Positions 23,708-36,849 are shown, counted from the first letter of the stretch. The stretch is DNA of 64,000 bases from Lama guanicoe (GCA_013239625.1 MU053379.1:4297229-4361228); one strand, 5' to 3'. The notes: a model not told the origin generated them from the letters alone. Numbers and translations are program-made.

Positions 23708-24431
23708 GACAGGGCTGCCACCCTTGGGGAGGAACAGAGACGCGGACAATCTGGGGTGGGAAGGTGGCCCTGGGGGACTGTTCCTGCAGGACATTCAACT
23801 CTGTGTCTCCATCCATCCAGGTTTTCCTGGAGCCCTGCCGGACCCTTCACTGAGTCCCCCCCCACCCCGTGACTCACTAGGGAGGGTCTCAGTGTCCGCA
23901 GCGCAGTATCCTGATGGACACGTTGCGGTCCCATGTTTGGTACATCGTCCAATATGATTCACGCATCAAACCCCGTGGAGTGCTCACCCTGCGCAGTGCG
24001 CACGGGGAGCCTGGAGGGCGCGGGGCGCGGGGCGAGTGTCAGAGGCACTGGCGGCAGCCGCCCTGCTCCTCCCACTCTCCCCTACGAGCCAAGTCTGCTG
24101 GGAGAGCATTTCTGCCTGAGGGCTTCTTTTTTTGGCTGCAGGAGATGTGGAGCCCGGATGCAGAGCGAACCCGGAGTGCCGGAAATCCAATATCCCGGGA
24201 AAACAGCCCCAACTAATGGCAGGGGGCCCTGAGGGGGGATACCTGATTCCTCGCCCCCAGGAAGACGGTCCCCTGATCCTCTTTTTTTACACCCTCTGCC
24301 CGCCTTCCTTGTGGGATGACGCTCACGGTGGTCCCGCTCTGAGGCGCATCCCTGCCGACTCACTACCCTTCCCGGCATCGCTTCCCACCGCCCACCCAGG
24401 CTCCTTGGGGGTCTCTTCTCAAAAAAACTAC

Positions 24432-24888
24432 TGTAGTGCTGACAAACTGAAATCAGAGTGGTGTGATCACAGTCAGGCCTATGAAAATGGGACGGGACAC
24501 GTCCCTGCCCCACGAGGACTTGAATTTCTCTAAGCGCATCAGACCCAAAGCCACCAGCTGCCAGCTTTGGAGCAATATTCACCAGATGCAGTTTTACGGT
24601 TTCAAGGTCCCCCCGGTAACTATGCAAGCACTTTGGACCCCAACCGATCTTTGATTAACAAGCACCCTCACTTCCTGCCAACTCCAATTATAATTCTTGA
24701 CAAACAACTTACGTAACTGGCTGTGGCCTTGTGGGATTTTTCCCTTAGAAGCTTTCCCCGTTCTGTCGTCCGATGGAACACACTTCCAGTGCTCCTTGAC
24801 TCTGTGGGCTGCAGTCCTCACAAACCCAAGTGAATGCCTCTTAATTGCAGTCATGTCTCCTTTTCTGAAATTTTGGTAAATGGTGTTA
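24432..24888 (+). mobile_element. Probable old ERV1-type solo LTR
   Basis: Starts tgtag. LTR-like R/U5 run tttcccttagaagc..gaacacacttcc..gcagtcctcacaaacccaagtgaatg. Ends and TSD are degenerate. Confidence 0.5.
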
Positions 24889-25743
24889 ACTCCTTGTCCC
24901 AGGTCAGCAACCCACCCTGAGACAGGAGGGCACTTACCCACGGCCACCAAGCCAGGGCTGAGTTTCTGTGTCTCCACCCTGCTCTGTAACGTGGCTCATG
25001 GACCCGAGTGTGCGTAACGTGTGGTCCGTTGGCAGGAACTCACGGGTCTGGTGCGTTGGACTTCACAGGGAGGTACGGTCTGCCGGGTGCTTGTCACGTT
25101 TTGTGCCGCAGTGCTCTGCTGGAGGAGCTGCAGACCCTCGCAGACTCCCGCGGTCGGCAAGGCGGGGACTTAACGAGGGAGAAGTCGACAGTCAGGAGAC
25201 TGAGTGGGCGGCACCTCGGTGGAGCCGGAGTGCGGCGGCCACACGGGGGAGACGCTCAGGCGCCACTTAGATTGACCGGGCTAGCTGGACGATGGGCGGC
25301 CAGTGCTCGGGGAATTGGGGAACAGTTAAAGAAAGAGAAAGAAAAAGAAGACAAAAAGGAAAAATAACCACAAACGCCTAGGTCCTTTCTGACGCACCGT
25401 CCCTGCTGTCGGCGTGCACAGCACGACCGCCTCTGAGCGAGCCAAGCGTCGGGACTGGCGGTGACTTCCCAGCCGCGGCCAGGGAGTGGACGGAGCAGAT
25501 GTCTGCAAAGACCCTGGGCGGCAGGACCTCAGCTACTTACCGTCTTGAGTCGCTGCTTCTTTGCGTCCTTAAAGCTGGTATCTCTCAGCAACTGAACCTT
25601 GGGTGGGAACTTTGGATTTTTGAGTTTCTGCTAAATCGTGTTGACAGCAGGTGGATTCCACTAGTAAAAACCAGAAACAATGCCAGCCGCTCCCCTGTCT
25701 TGATCAGGGCGCCGCAACAGAGTAAGTCACTCCTGAGCTTCTC

Positions 25744-25920
25744 TTATTGTGATAAAACACACATAATGTAAAGCTTACCGTCTTGACCACTTCTCGGTGC
25801 CCACATTGTCCTGCCACCATCACCACCGTCCATCTTAGAACCCTCATCATTTCTCAAAACTGAAACTCTGAGTCCACTCAATGATGACCCCTCCCCTCCC
25901 CTCCCCCCAGCCCCAGCACA
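25744..25920 (-). mobile_element. L1MB-like 3' end, antisense
   Basis: ttattgtgataaaacacacataa..ccatcaccaccgtccatct..aaactgaaactctg..ccccagcccc. Confidence 0.85.
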
Positions 25921-25949
25921 GCTGGAATGTCCTGCTGGGCGAGTCTGGT

Positions 25950-26487
25950 GCCCCCTCACAAGCCCCCTGCCTCCTGTCCCTCGCCCTGGCCACTCATCCC
26001 CCTCGGAGAGCCAAGGTGAGTTTTTAAAAGCGTGGGTCCTGTTACTTCCCTACTCCAGACCTTCCGACAACTCCCACACCTGCCAGAATACAGTCCAAGC
26101 CCCTTTATGGAGGCTCCCTCGCCCTGCCCACCCCCGACCTGGTCCCCTGTGGCCGCCCACGCGTTTCAGCCTCAGGGGCCTCGGGCACAGTGCGGCCGCG
26201 TGTAGTGATGCCCTTGCCCCAGCTTGTGCAGAGCAAGCGCATCCAGGGGGCTCTGATCGCAGGCTCCACTCACCAGAGAGGCGATCTGCGGAGGCCTCTG
26301 CCCAGGCACCGCCGCTGGGCTCCGGTCAGAGTTTCTGGGCAGCTCTTCTCATTCTCTCTCTCTCACACACACACTTTCCCCCTTTGTTTTTGGTCCGTCC
26401 TGTTCACTGCTTCATCTTCAGTGCTGAGAATACAGTCTGGCCCTGCAGCGAGAGCTCTGTAAATATTTCCGAATGAATAAATGAACG
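25950..26487 (+). mobile_element. L2 3' end
   Basis: tgttcactgcttcatcttcagtgctgagaatacagtctggc...taaatatttccgaatgaataaatgaa. Confidence 0.8.
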
Positions 26488-29400
26488 CAGTGATGAGGCC
26501 ACAGAGCAAGGTGAACGTCGGGACCCCGTGACTCCTTCCCTAGAACAGAGGACTGTTGACGCCACGTCTGACCCGCAGCGACAAGTCCAGGTCAAGTAGA
26601 GACGAGGTTACATTGCAAGGACGATGCTGGCCCGTTTGACACACACAGCAGTTCCCCCTCACTGACAGAAGGCCAAGAGTTCAGGTGACTTCGACGCTTT
26701 AGAAATTGCCTGCGTCTTGGTTACAAGCCGGTTCATCCAGAGGAGAAAGCTCGTTTTTATGCTCTAACAGGGCCTTCTGTGCCCGTCGGAACAGAGCCAA
26801 CGCCAGTCCACTGTTCTCTTCAGTAACTGACGGCCGAATAAGCCGCTCGGAGACACGGTGACGGCCGCAGCGCATGTGCGGTGGGGACAGGCCGCCACGC
26901 TTGTCAGCTCAGCACTCGGGCTGCAGGCTGTCACCACCTCCTCCCTGCAGAGGCGTCCGGCACACTGGCCGTCACGCGCACGTGCTCACTGGAGGGGGAG
27001 CTCGGTCCCTGGCTGGAGGCCGTCGGTGACTGGCTCTGGGCACTGCACTGAGCACCGAGCACAGGTGGAGCTCTTATGAAAGTGTCTGTAGGACTGAGAG
27101 CCCTACTCGCGTCTCACAGGTGCCTGACCACCGCCGCCGTCCTGCCAGTGGTGGGCGCTGATCCAAGTGGCCTGATCGCGTTCACGGCCTCGCCAACCAC
27201 CGGAACGGAAACTGTGAACGGAAGCCTGCTGCGGACAAGGGGGCAGGCTCGGTTGCCCGGGCGCGTTTGCTGTGGTTCTCCTTCCTGCCATAAGCTGTGC
27301 GACTCTTATCAGGCGACGATCAGCCAGTGGACTTGTTGTAGTTCTATCTCACTGGGTAACAGTGGGAGTTAACCGGAAAAAAACCCAGCGAACACGTTCT
27401 CCACGCCCTCCCCCGCGTCGCTAACACCCACGTGCACCCGCCTTTCTGGAGATAATTAAGCAAAGCCTGCAGCCCTAAGGGGCTCTGTGGGGTCTGACAC
27501 TCACTCAGCAGCTTTCCTGTGTCAGATGGGCGACGGGGTAAATGGGGGAACTTTGGTGGCTCTGGGTAGTGAAGTTAAGAATGATTTCAGAGTTTTTCCC
27601 TGAAATTCCCTGAACTTTGAGGACTTCGGGAATGATGAGGTGAGACTGAAACACGTCACCGTGCTCTTTGATTTTCAAGCTGCGTCCGTGTGTTTTTCAT
27701 TTTGCCAGCGAGGACACCAGGGGTGAGAACGGGACCCCCACCCGGTCAAAGGCACAGGAAGGGGCCGGAGCGAAACTGCAGTCAGACTCCTGAGTTCCGG
27801 GAGGACACGCTTTGCTTCACGGATTTGACAGTTCAGCCTGCATCTGAGGGGCCCGGGCGGACCCCACGTCTCACTTTCTCTGCTCACTAGTGGATCTGAC
27901 CCACTTGTGTGGGAAAACCAGTCAGGGTCAAGGTCCCCGGTGACAGTCCCTGCAATTTTACCCAATTGCTTGCTGACTTGACTCCCTAATTAAACCTTGT
28001 TTCCTTTGATTTATAGTCTTGGGCCCTTTTCGCACAGTGAAAATGTCCCAGAGAGAGGCCATCATCCATTTCCATTAGAGTCCGCCGCAAGGGGAGAGGA
28101 CGGAAGTTTGCCGAAAACCCAGCGTCTGGCCGCCCGCCTCCTCTGCCCCAGGAGCGCTGCCTGGAGCCGCTGGGTTAGGCTCTAGCTCCTCCTGCTGGGG
28201 CTCAACCGCGCCAGGCAGGCGCGTCTTGATGTCTTAGCGCAGTCCCGTTAGTCCGGGGCGGACCAGTCACCGAAAATGAAGAGTGAAACGTGAAGGAAAG
28301 CGGTTTCAGACGAGGGCTTGCTTGGTTCGCTCCCCGCGGTCCGCCTGGCCCCTGAGCCGACGAGCCTCCAGGCAGGACGTGCGGAGAGCCCAGGGGCAGG
28401 GAGGCTCTGCGAGGTGGGACCCGGGCGGCTGGACGGCAGCTCTGCCAGTCCCGTCCTCGTGCGAGGCTCAGCGTCTTCAGGAATCCGTCAGGCTGACTTT
28501 GGACCGGCTCCTCCCCGCACGTGCGAGGGCACCCCCGGGGGACCTTCCCGCTCTGTGCCGCCCGCAGTCAGGGCAGGGGTGGTGCTGACCGGGGAGACGC
28601 TCAGCACCAAACCCTCTGCCCGGGGCCGCGGGAAGCAGGAAGGACAGGGCCGGGCAGTGCCCACAGGGAGGCCTGGAGGGGCCGCGTGCTGAGTGCCCGT
28701 GCTGGGCGGTTCCAGGAAATTCCAGGCCCGCCAACCTAAGTGCCTCTCAGAGCAGCCACGCTGCTGTCTTAGGGGCCATGTTGAGGGAAACCGCTCTGTG
28801 AAAGCAAGACAGTTGCTCAGAGGAGAAAGGTCGGGTGGCTGGAGGGGCCCCTCTGTGCCTTCTGGGCTGCGGCCCGGATCGTGGGGCTGGGCTGTGACCA
28901 CGACACCCCCTTGACAACTGTCCAAGGGCTCGCCGTCCCCTGAGCCTGGGCTGAGCCTTCATTCCCGGAGTAACAGCTCAGCAGGGAGGAGGCCCTAGCT
29001 CCTCGGGTGAGTGAAGACGCTGGTCCCACCCATCAGCCCTGGGTGGGTCGGGGGTCGGGGCCCAGCCATCACCCCTGGGCTCAGGGGAGAAGCTCCCAAA
29101 TGAGGCCGCCCCAGGGGGCTCACTTTCCTGCCACGTCCAGGGTGACCACCCTGGTCTCAGGGTCACGGCCCCCCCACCTGTTTGCAGACCTGGATGGCGG
29201 AGCCTGGGTCCCTGTCTGTGGTCCTCGTGTCCACTCACTGTTCCTGGGGGCTCCTTCCTCCACTGTACAGTGAGGTCGGGGGGCCGTGTGCCGTCACCCT
29301 TCCACTGACAAGCCACGTCTGGGCTCCAGAGGCTCACAGCTCCCCCGACAGCCCCACATCGCCTGTGCGCCAGGGACACGCCACTGTAGGACGGGCAGGA

Positions 29401-30567
29401 GGCCGGGGCGCCTGGACAGGGCTTATTTCCCTCTGGTTCTCACCGAGGTCCCAGGCCTCCCTGGGGACCAGGGCACCTAGGTTCCTCCCAGGCACTCATC
29501 TGTGAAGATGCCCAGAATCCTCGCAGCTGATGGCACTGTTTGGGGCTTCGCTTAGGGGCTGGTGGGGCCCCTGTGGATGTTAGGCCCGAGGATAGCCTGG
29601 CTCGTGGCTCTAGGAAAGCACAGCTGCCCCCGGCCTCGTCCTACCGTGGGGATGTTCAGGAAGAGATGCGAGGCCATCTCCAGGCGTCCGGCACCCACCA
29701 TCCTGCTAGGACTGAAAAAGCAGGTGGGGTAAGGTCGGGCCCTGTGGCAGGTCGAAGATGGTGCAGGTTCCTAGACGGGCCTCCGTGTGCCCTGGTGAAG
29801 CGTGTTGGGGGCAGGGGTTGCTGTGTGGCTTCCACTGGGGCCTTGGTCTCACGGAACACTGGCTTTCTGGACGTTCCCCTCGGGATGTCCTCACGTGACA
29901 AGCTGGCCATGTGGACAGGCATGTGTGACGCTTGGGGGGGCAGCCTCAGCTGGGCTCTCAGCCAGCAGTCAGCATCGCCTGCTGCCAAGCCGATCACCCT
30001 GGCCCCTCCAGTCTGGGAGGAGACGGAGGCCCCAGCAGGTCTGGTCGTAACCAGCTGAGGGATTCCAAGTGAGGCCTTCCCGGGGGGGCTCACCCCAACC
30101 CCTGGCCCTCGACGCTGAGCAAGTGGCTGAGTTAGAGGGTAATCGAGTGCGTAGCAGCAGACACCTGGATCCAGGTGAGCTGCCTGCAGGCCGTGGGGGT
30201 GGGGGGCATCGGAGGGGCCCAGGCTGCTTGCTCTGGCCAGAAGACTAAGGATTTCTCCTGGCAACGCAGGCCAGCGTGCAAACCCACCCCACACAGGAGA
30301 CTTCCGAGGAGAGAGCTGGGAGCAGACTTTTAATTGGCGGGTGGGGGCTCATCTCAGCGAGAACAAAGCAGGTGGGCAGGATCTGGGGCAGAGATGAGCT
30401 CAGAAGCTGTCCAGATGGATTTCGGGAACAGACAAGCCCCGGGGACGCAGGAGCAGAAGACAGAGGACCGAAAAGCAGACACCGTGCGTCCCAGCGTGAA
30501 CGGCAGGGTGACATTTTGCTGTTACTGTCGAAGCCGCCTCTCATTTCGCCGGCCAGCTTGTTCCAGG

Positions 30568-30675
30568 ATTTGCATTCCCCCAGGGACAGGGTTCACGGTA
30601 CTCATTGTCCCCGAGGGGAAGAAGTGGGTCTCTCTCTTCTGAAAATAATCTCACAATTGACCGAGCTTCCGGGAA
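30568..30675. promoter_or_regulatory. Candidate lymphoid enhancer motif cluster (octamer, 2 EBF-like, STAT/GAS)
   Basis: ATTTGCAT 30568, CCCCCAGGGA 30577, TCCCCGAGGGGA 30608, TTCCGGGAA 30667. Confidence 0.35.
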
Positions 30676-31359
30676 GCCGGAGTTTCTGCGCAGCCCCTGT
30701 GTGTGTCCGCAGACTGGGGCACGCGCTCCAATATGCCGTGGCTCAGCCCCCATTAGTTTCGCATAAGTCGGATTTAAAACCCAGCACAACTTGCATTCTG
30801 AAGAATCACACGTGAATCCTCCAAACCTCGTAATTCCCCAAACTTTGTCCCAGCGTCTTGAAGGACAACTTGCCTGTCCTCCAGCTGCTGAAACGGTGGC
30901 GGCCCCCGGAGCAGGTGCATCCTTGGTAGAACTTTGTCCCTTGGCTCTAAGTTTTGCAAGAATCCAAACTTTTTGAAAACCAAGTCAGGTCCCCAGGGCT
31001 CAGTGAGAGAGGAAAGAGAAAGTGGGGACTCGCCTGTGTGGGAATGTCCCCCCCATGGGTGGGCAGGGTCACCGCCTCTTGTCCTGCAAGGAGGACGGGG
31101 AAGGGAGAGGAGGGGTGAAGAAATGGGGGGCGATGTGCTTTCAGGTTCCTCGATTCCACCGGGTCCGCTCCCCAGCCTGGCGCTGAGCTTAGTAACCCTG
31201 GGTAGACAGCCGCTTAGTCCCGCTTTTCAGCCGGCTGAGTATTTGTTTGTTTCTGTTTGTAAGAGGACAGTGTGACAAGATCAAAGACGAAGGACTGTGA
31301 CATTTGAAGGTAACCGTGGCTCCAGCAGTTGGTTGCCTTTGTCTGGGGAAGCCTCGGGG

Positions 31360-31771
31360 TGAGATGGGAAGCCCCATGGACAGAACAGCAGGACCCCCGG
31401 CAGGGCACGGCTTCCCCTCCGGCGCCATCTGGTTCCCTGGCCTGGCGGCATCACCTCACTTTCGCGTTTCTGTAAAACAGCTTGCTTCTAGGAAAACGAA
31501 ACTTACCCCTAAAATTCCACTGGTTCCCAAAGGCTCGCTCCTGATTGGTCCGTTTCTGACACCTCACTTTGCATATGGCACCAACCTAGTCGAAACGTAA
31601 AACCCTGCATAAGCCTGTGTAAGCCCACAGCCGGGGTCCAGAGCTTAGGGCGTTAGCTCCTCTGGGCCCGCCGCGTAGTAAACCCGAGTTCTCAGGCCCT
31701 CCAAGTGCGGCTTGCCTCTCGCCCGGACCCAGCTGCCGTCACGCTGCTGTGGCAGCTACGGAGCTGTCACA
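31360..31771 (+). mobile_element. ERV1-type solo LTR, 412 bp
   Basis: TG..CA ends with GGGG flanks (31356-59, 31772-75), ctgattggt CCAAT box, decayed poly(A) signal AGTAAA at 31677. R/U5 is similar to the LTR at 59557. Confidence 0.8.
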
Positions 31772-33003
31772 GGGGCTGCGGGTGGTCGGTCGCATTCACG
31801 TGCGTTGACTCCGGCTTGGACTCTGGTTCATGACGTGGGCTGCCACGCGTGAGCGCCAGCTGCACCCAGCGGCCCCTTGTCTAACGGCTGTAACGGTATC
31901 ACAGTTAAGGTCACAGAATTACTAGGTCACAAGCTCAGATGAGTCTCACCCTTGAGATTCCCAGTCTCTTCCTTTCACCATCAAGCCATACAACCTTCGG
32001 GAAACCAGGGGCGACGTGTCCGATTGCAGACCAGAAAGAAAGCTGTAAGGTATTACTGGACCATGAGATTTCCCGGCATAAAATGTCAAGTTCTACTTGA
32101 ACCACATTCACCCTGAGATAAGATTACAAAATGAACAGAGAGGAGAAATTTTTTCCTTATAACACTCTTGAGGCTAGACTCTTCCTCCAAGAAGAGATGT
32201 GCACCCCAAGAAAGATGGGGCCTCTCCTTCAAGAGGAGACAAAGGCAGCATTTGAGAAATATTTGCAGAATTGTTGCAACCTCCCTGTTGCATTATGAGG
32301 TTTGGAGCAAACCAAGGCGGGTGCAGAGGAGAGAGCCGGACCTCCCTTTCCACGGGGAGAAGACAGGAAGGTCTGGGAAGGTGAGGAATAAACTTGACCG
32401 CATTTCTCTGAGGCCAGGGGGCTGCCACACTCCGACCAGGACTTCCTGGCAACCGTTCCAGTAAGGTTTTACTGAGAAATGGAGAAATCTGAAAGGTAAG
32501 AGGGGAGAGGGAAAATGATACAGCAGAGAACGTTCCCACGGCAGCAAGCAAGGCTCCTCCAGGAAAGAGGGAACCTGGGAGCAGCGTGCTGTTGTCCGGT
32601 GGGAGGGTCGCGCATCTGTGCCCCGTTTGAAGAGATCGCTTTGGTTGCTGCCAACAGAAGAGGGAGGAGGGCAGCCTCAGGAGGCCACTTAGAAGCAGCT
32701 CCAGCGGCAGGACGTGATCCCGGGTTGCCCTCAGGTGGAGGTGCCGGGTGCGGAGACGTGGGCAGGCTGAGGATCCCTGGGCTTGGGGTGGGGGGCTGGG
32801 AAGCATCTTGGTGAATTCAGGTGAGTGAGCAACACAGGAGACAGGGGCCTGGGTCGGGGGTGCTGACGGCAGTTCCAGCCTCGGATGCAGAAGTCCAGCC
32901 TTCTTGACCTTGAAGGGCCCAGAAGACAAGCAGGCCCATTAGCCACATTCTGACGCTCGACCTCCGTGCCCTGAAACTGCTTTTCTTCACCCCAAAATGG
33001 AGG

Positions 33004-33200
33004 TACCATCGGCCCTCAGCATCCCTGGGGGATTGGTGCCGGGATCCCTGGACCCAAAATCCGCAGATGCTCCCGTCCCTTACACAAAACGGTGCGGTAC
33101 CGCGGGCCCTCAGTATCCCCGGGTTTCCGTATCCGCAATTCAGCCAACCACGGATGGAAACTTCCATCCGTGGTTGGTTAAATCCGCGAATACAGGGCTC
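33004..33200 (+). mobile_element. MER2B-like TcMar-Tigger MITE
   Basis: gggggattggtgccgggatccc..ccaaaatccgcagatgctc..gtcccttacacaaaacgg plus an internal palindrome. Confidence 0.8.
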
Positions 33201-33819
33201 TCACACCTCCCTCACCGGCCCGTCGAATCTGAGGCGGTGACTCACACCCACGCTTCAGAAGGGGGGACGCAGTGTGCAGGTGTGCACTGTAATACCAGCT
33301 GGAAGAGGGCGGACCCCTGTCACCCCACAGGTGGGCACTGGCTCCCACAGGCAGATGGGGAGCTGTGGAAATCCGCAGCTGCGAGTAGCCAGCACGGCGT
33401 CTGAACGCGGCTCCTGCCCTGCAGCCGACACGGTGCACGTGCGTCTGCGCGAGGGTGGTGTGTGTGTTGCCGTGAGCGGGCACGCGTGTGCATGCGTGTG
33501 TCCAGTGCAACACGGGAGGGAGGAGGGAGGGAGAAGGGAGGGAGAAATGAAGTTCCCAAAGGAAAGCCGAGGAGGTGAACCCGGCGCTGGCGAGTCGTGG
33601 GCGTGGCTGACGTCCGTGTCCCTGGAGCTGCGTCCGCAGGGTGAGTGGGCGGGGGAGGCGTTCCTCGTGGACATCCAGGGGGCGCTGGCTACCGTGCCAC
33701 TGGGAGGAAAGGGAACTGAGACGTGGTTAGGAGTCCTGTGAGCTTTGCCAGGAGGAATGGCCAGTTCCCGAGTGTCTGATAAAGCAGTGCAGCCGGTACC
33801 AACACTGCGGGTACTGGGA

Positions 33820-34000
33820 GCCAAAAATACCCGTCACTTACAGGGCAGGTGCTTTCACAGCCGTTCACTGGAGCTGCGATCTCACCCCAGCTCAGAAACG
33901 AAGCATCGGAGCTCGGAGGACGTAAGCGAGGTGCTCGAGGCAGAAGTGATGAAATCAGAAGTACTGAGCTTGAGACCTGGGAGTGGGTCCTGAGGACAAG
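33820..34000 (-). mobile_element. MIR fragment
   Basis: Degenerate antisense MIR (caggtgctttcac..gctcggaggacgtaagcga..gagcttgagacctggg). Confidence 0.45.
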
Positions 34001-34093
34001 AGCGGCCAGGAGACCATCAGAGGAGGCAGCCCTGTCTGCACGCTTAATCTCTGTAAGCTGGTGCGTTAACCTTGGCCGCTAGCTGTTCCCAAG

Positions 34094-34305
34094 TGTCTTG
34101 GTCCCTTCTGGTTGCTGTAACAAAAGCCCCAGGCTGGCGGGCGGGGTGGGGAGGGGGACTTACAAGCGATGGAAGTTAGTTTCTCATGGCTGTGGAAGCC
34201 CGGAAACCCAAGAGCAAGGAGCTGGTGGGTGTCTGGGGTCCAGGGAGGGCCGGCTGCCCGGCTCACAGCCGGCTCCTTCCCTGGGCCCTCGTGGGGAGGG
34301 GTGCT
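34094..34305 (-). mobile_element. MaLR LTR (MLT1A/B-like) partial
   Basis: tgtcttggtcc..gctgtaacaaaa..tttctcatggctgtggaagcc..ccaagagcaagg. Confidence 0.75.
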
Positions 34306-34544
34306 CAGCGATGCTTTGCACCCGTCGGATGATTATGGTGATGACAGTATGTTTTAGAGAAAGATTTTGGAATCTGGTCTTACCCTCCATCTTTACTCAG
34401 ATGTGCCTGGTTTTGACCGCGAAAATGTTAGAATTAATCACTTTAATCTGCTTTTAAGCCACTGATTTTTCAAAATTCTTCATTTCAAATTATCAGATCA
34501 CGTTTTTCCTATTCATTCCTCCTGCGTCTGCGGGTTAGCAGTAG

Positions 34545-34885
34545 GTGATGGGGTAGGTAACTTGTGATGCGCTGTGTAGGCATCCTGCGCTACCCAGGAA
34601 AGCACTGTCTCACAGGACAGCGTTTACGGGCGTGGGGAAGCGTTCGTGATTTGTTTACGGAGAACAAGTAAGCTACGAAGCAGTAGGAGAGCATGGTGAC
34701 ATTCCTGTAATGTTACACATTTACGTGTGTGTCAAAGACAGACATTGAAACGTTAACCCAAGTCACCTCTGACCGGTGAGATTTTGAGGGATTCTTTTGG
34801 TTTTTGAATTTGAGCTGCTCTGTTTCTCTAGCTAAACGTATTGAGCAGAAATCAGTCTTAAAATTAGAAAATAAAAATTGTAAAA
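34545..34885 (+). mobile_element. L1ME-like 3' end
   Basis: Ends gtgagattttgagggattc..aaaattagaaaataaaaa. Confidence 0.5.
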
Positions 34886-36102
34886 CAAACACGTGTCACG
34901 TAACAAAGCTGGAGAGGTGAGTCTGAAAACTCTCAGCTGCTGACGTTCCTGACGGCGGGAGCCGGACGTGGCTCGGAGCCGCTGGTCTGACGGCCCCGGG
35001 AGCGCGCTCGGCTCAGAGCGCCCCAGCCCTAATTCTGTGTCCGCCCTTTGCGTGGCGACTGCGGGCCTCCTCCCCGCATCGGGGCCGCTGTTCGTTTTCA
35101 CTGACCAAGAGCCGACGGAAACAGCGCAGCCTGCGTCCAGGTGGACCTCTCGCTTCCTGGGAGGAGGGGTTCCAACAAAGCAGGGGCCCTTTGCAGTGCT
35201 GCTTGAATTACCCAGCTTGGCCTTTGTTTACTTAGGACCCACACCTCCGGGTTCCGCATCTCCTTCCCAGCGGGGGCGCGCCCGGACGGCCGTGCGCTGT
35301 GCAGACTCCTCCTCAAAGGCCGTGAGCTCCGGCCCCAGCACTGGGAAACATGTGTTTCTGATGCTCGGACAGGATTGTTCTTGGCGCTAAGTTCCAGGAC
35401 TTAGCACTTGTAAAACTGAGATAAAACAGCTCTGGGACTTCCAAGAGCCGCCGGCTACGACCCGACTTCGGAAGGACCGAGCAGCTCATCCACGCGGGAG
35501 TCACATTTGCTCTCTTCTCTGAAGAGGCTTCACGCGCTCACCTGGAGGCTCTGCGTCACCTCAGGGAGCCTGTCTGCTTGGTGGTGTGCGCTTTGCACTC
35601 ACACATTCATGGTGGTTCGGGGTGGCTCTGAGGCCGGAACGCAGGCTTGCCCCAAGCACTTGGGTCGGAAGGCCCGGGCCTGGGCCCAGACGCAGAGCCT
35701 GGCCCAAGCGCCTGGGGCCACACCGCTCTGCACTCACCCCTGGTGGGCCCACACCGACGTGCGCTCCCAGGGGAGGGCAGCTTGCTGGGGAATGTCCAAC
35801 ACGCTCTCCAGTCCCAAATTCAGACTCATTGCTTAGAGATGGGATGAGGTTTTTAAAAGCATTTCAGGGGGTTGTACTTTACATACAGTGCGGCATGGCT
35901 ATTTGGTGGGAATTGCATGGTTTGCCCGAGACTCCCGTGTCTCTCAGGGCTCGGAGTCCTGCGCACCCTCCCGGCCGCGTGCCCCAGGCCCAACCCAGGG
36001 CCCCGCAGTCTGATGGCAGCCTCACGGAAGCAGAGACGCACGACCCCTGTCAGGCTTCATCACGCAGTGTATCCACGGCTGCCTGCACCAGCGGCTCGTT
36101 CC

Positions 36103-36370
36103 TTTTTTAAAAAAATGTTTAACTATGTATTTACTTTTGTTGAAGTGCCGTCAGTTACGTTGTGTTAATTGCTGGCGCACAGCACAGTGATTCAGTTGTG
36201 CGTATATGTTCCTCTTCATGTTCTTTTTCATCACAGGCCTTTACAAGGTTTTACATGCAGTTCCCTGTGCCGTGCAGCGGGGCCTTGCTGCTCACCTGTT
36301 TTACATACAGAAGTGCGCGTCTGCTAAGCCAGGGCTCCCAGTCCACCCCCCACCGCCACCACCCCACCTC
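36103..36370 (-). mobile_element. Cetartiodactyl-type L1 3' end, antisense
   Basis: ttgaagtgccgtcagttac..acagcacagtgattcagtt..agttccctgtgccgtgcag. Confidence 0.85.
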
Positions 36371-36849
36371 CCGTTTCTTCTCACTGCTGGGTAAAGTCCA
36401 CGCGCACATCCTGCCGATGCGCGTGCGAGCGGCGTGTGCTCTGGGGCCATTATGAGTGAGGCTCCTACTAACAGTCCTGTAGGAAACGGCCTGTGGACGT
36501 GTGCTTTCATTTTTCTCGGGTAAATGCCTGGCTGTGGAACTGCCGGCTCGAGGTGTGAATAACTTTATGAGAGGCAGGATGGAGCGATTTGGAAAGTGGA
36601 AATTTCTGGTGGGCTGGTGGCCTCTCAGAGGGAAAAGGGAGCGTTGAGTCCTTGGTGATTTAGGCGAAGGCAACCGACATGCAGAGGGGCCACGTGACCG
36701 CCCCCGGCTCTAAGCCCAGTAAACAGCAGGTCGGCCGGGACACTTCCCCGAGTCTGTGCTCCGCTCGTGAGGGACGTCGCAAAACCCCACTGCTCCGGCT
36801 TGAGAGGTCGGGCTTGTGCCCGAATGGCTGAGCTCATTTCCTTGCCCTG

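Noticed and set aside
22791-23957. 388-aa ORF
   Set aside because: Pro/Gly/Arg-rich with a non-ATG start and no domain; expected by chance in GC-rich DNA.
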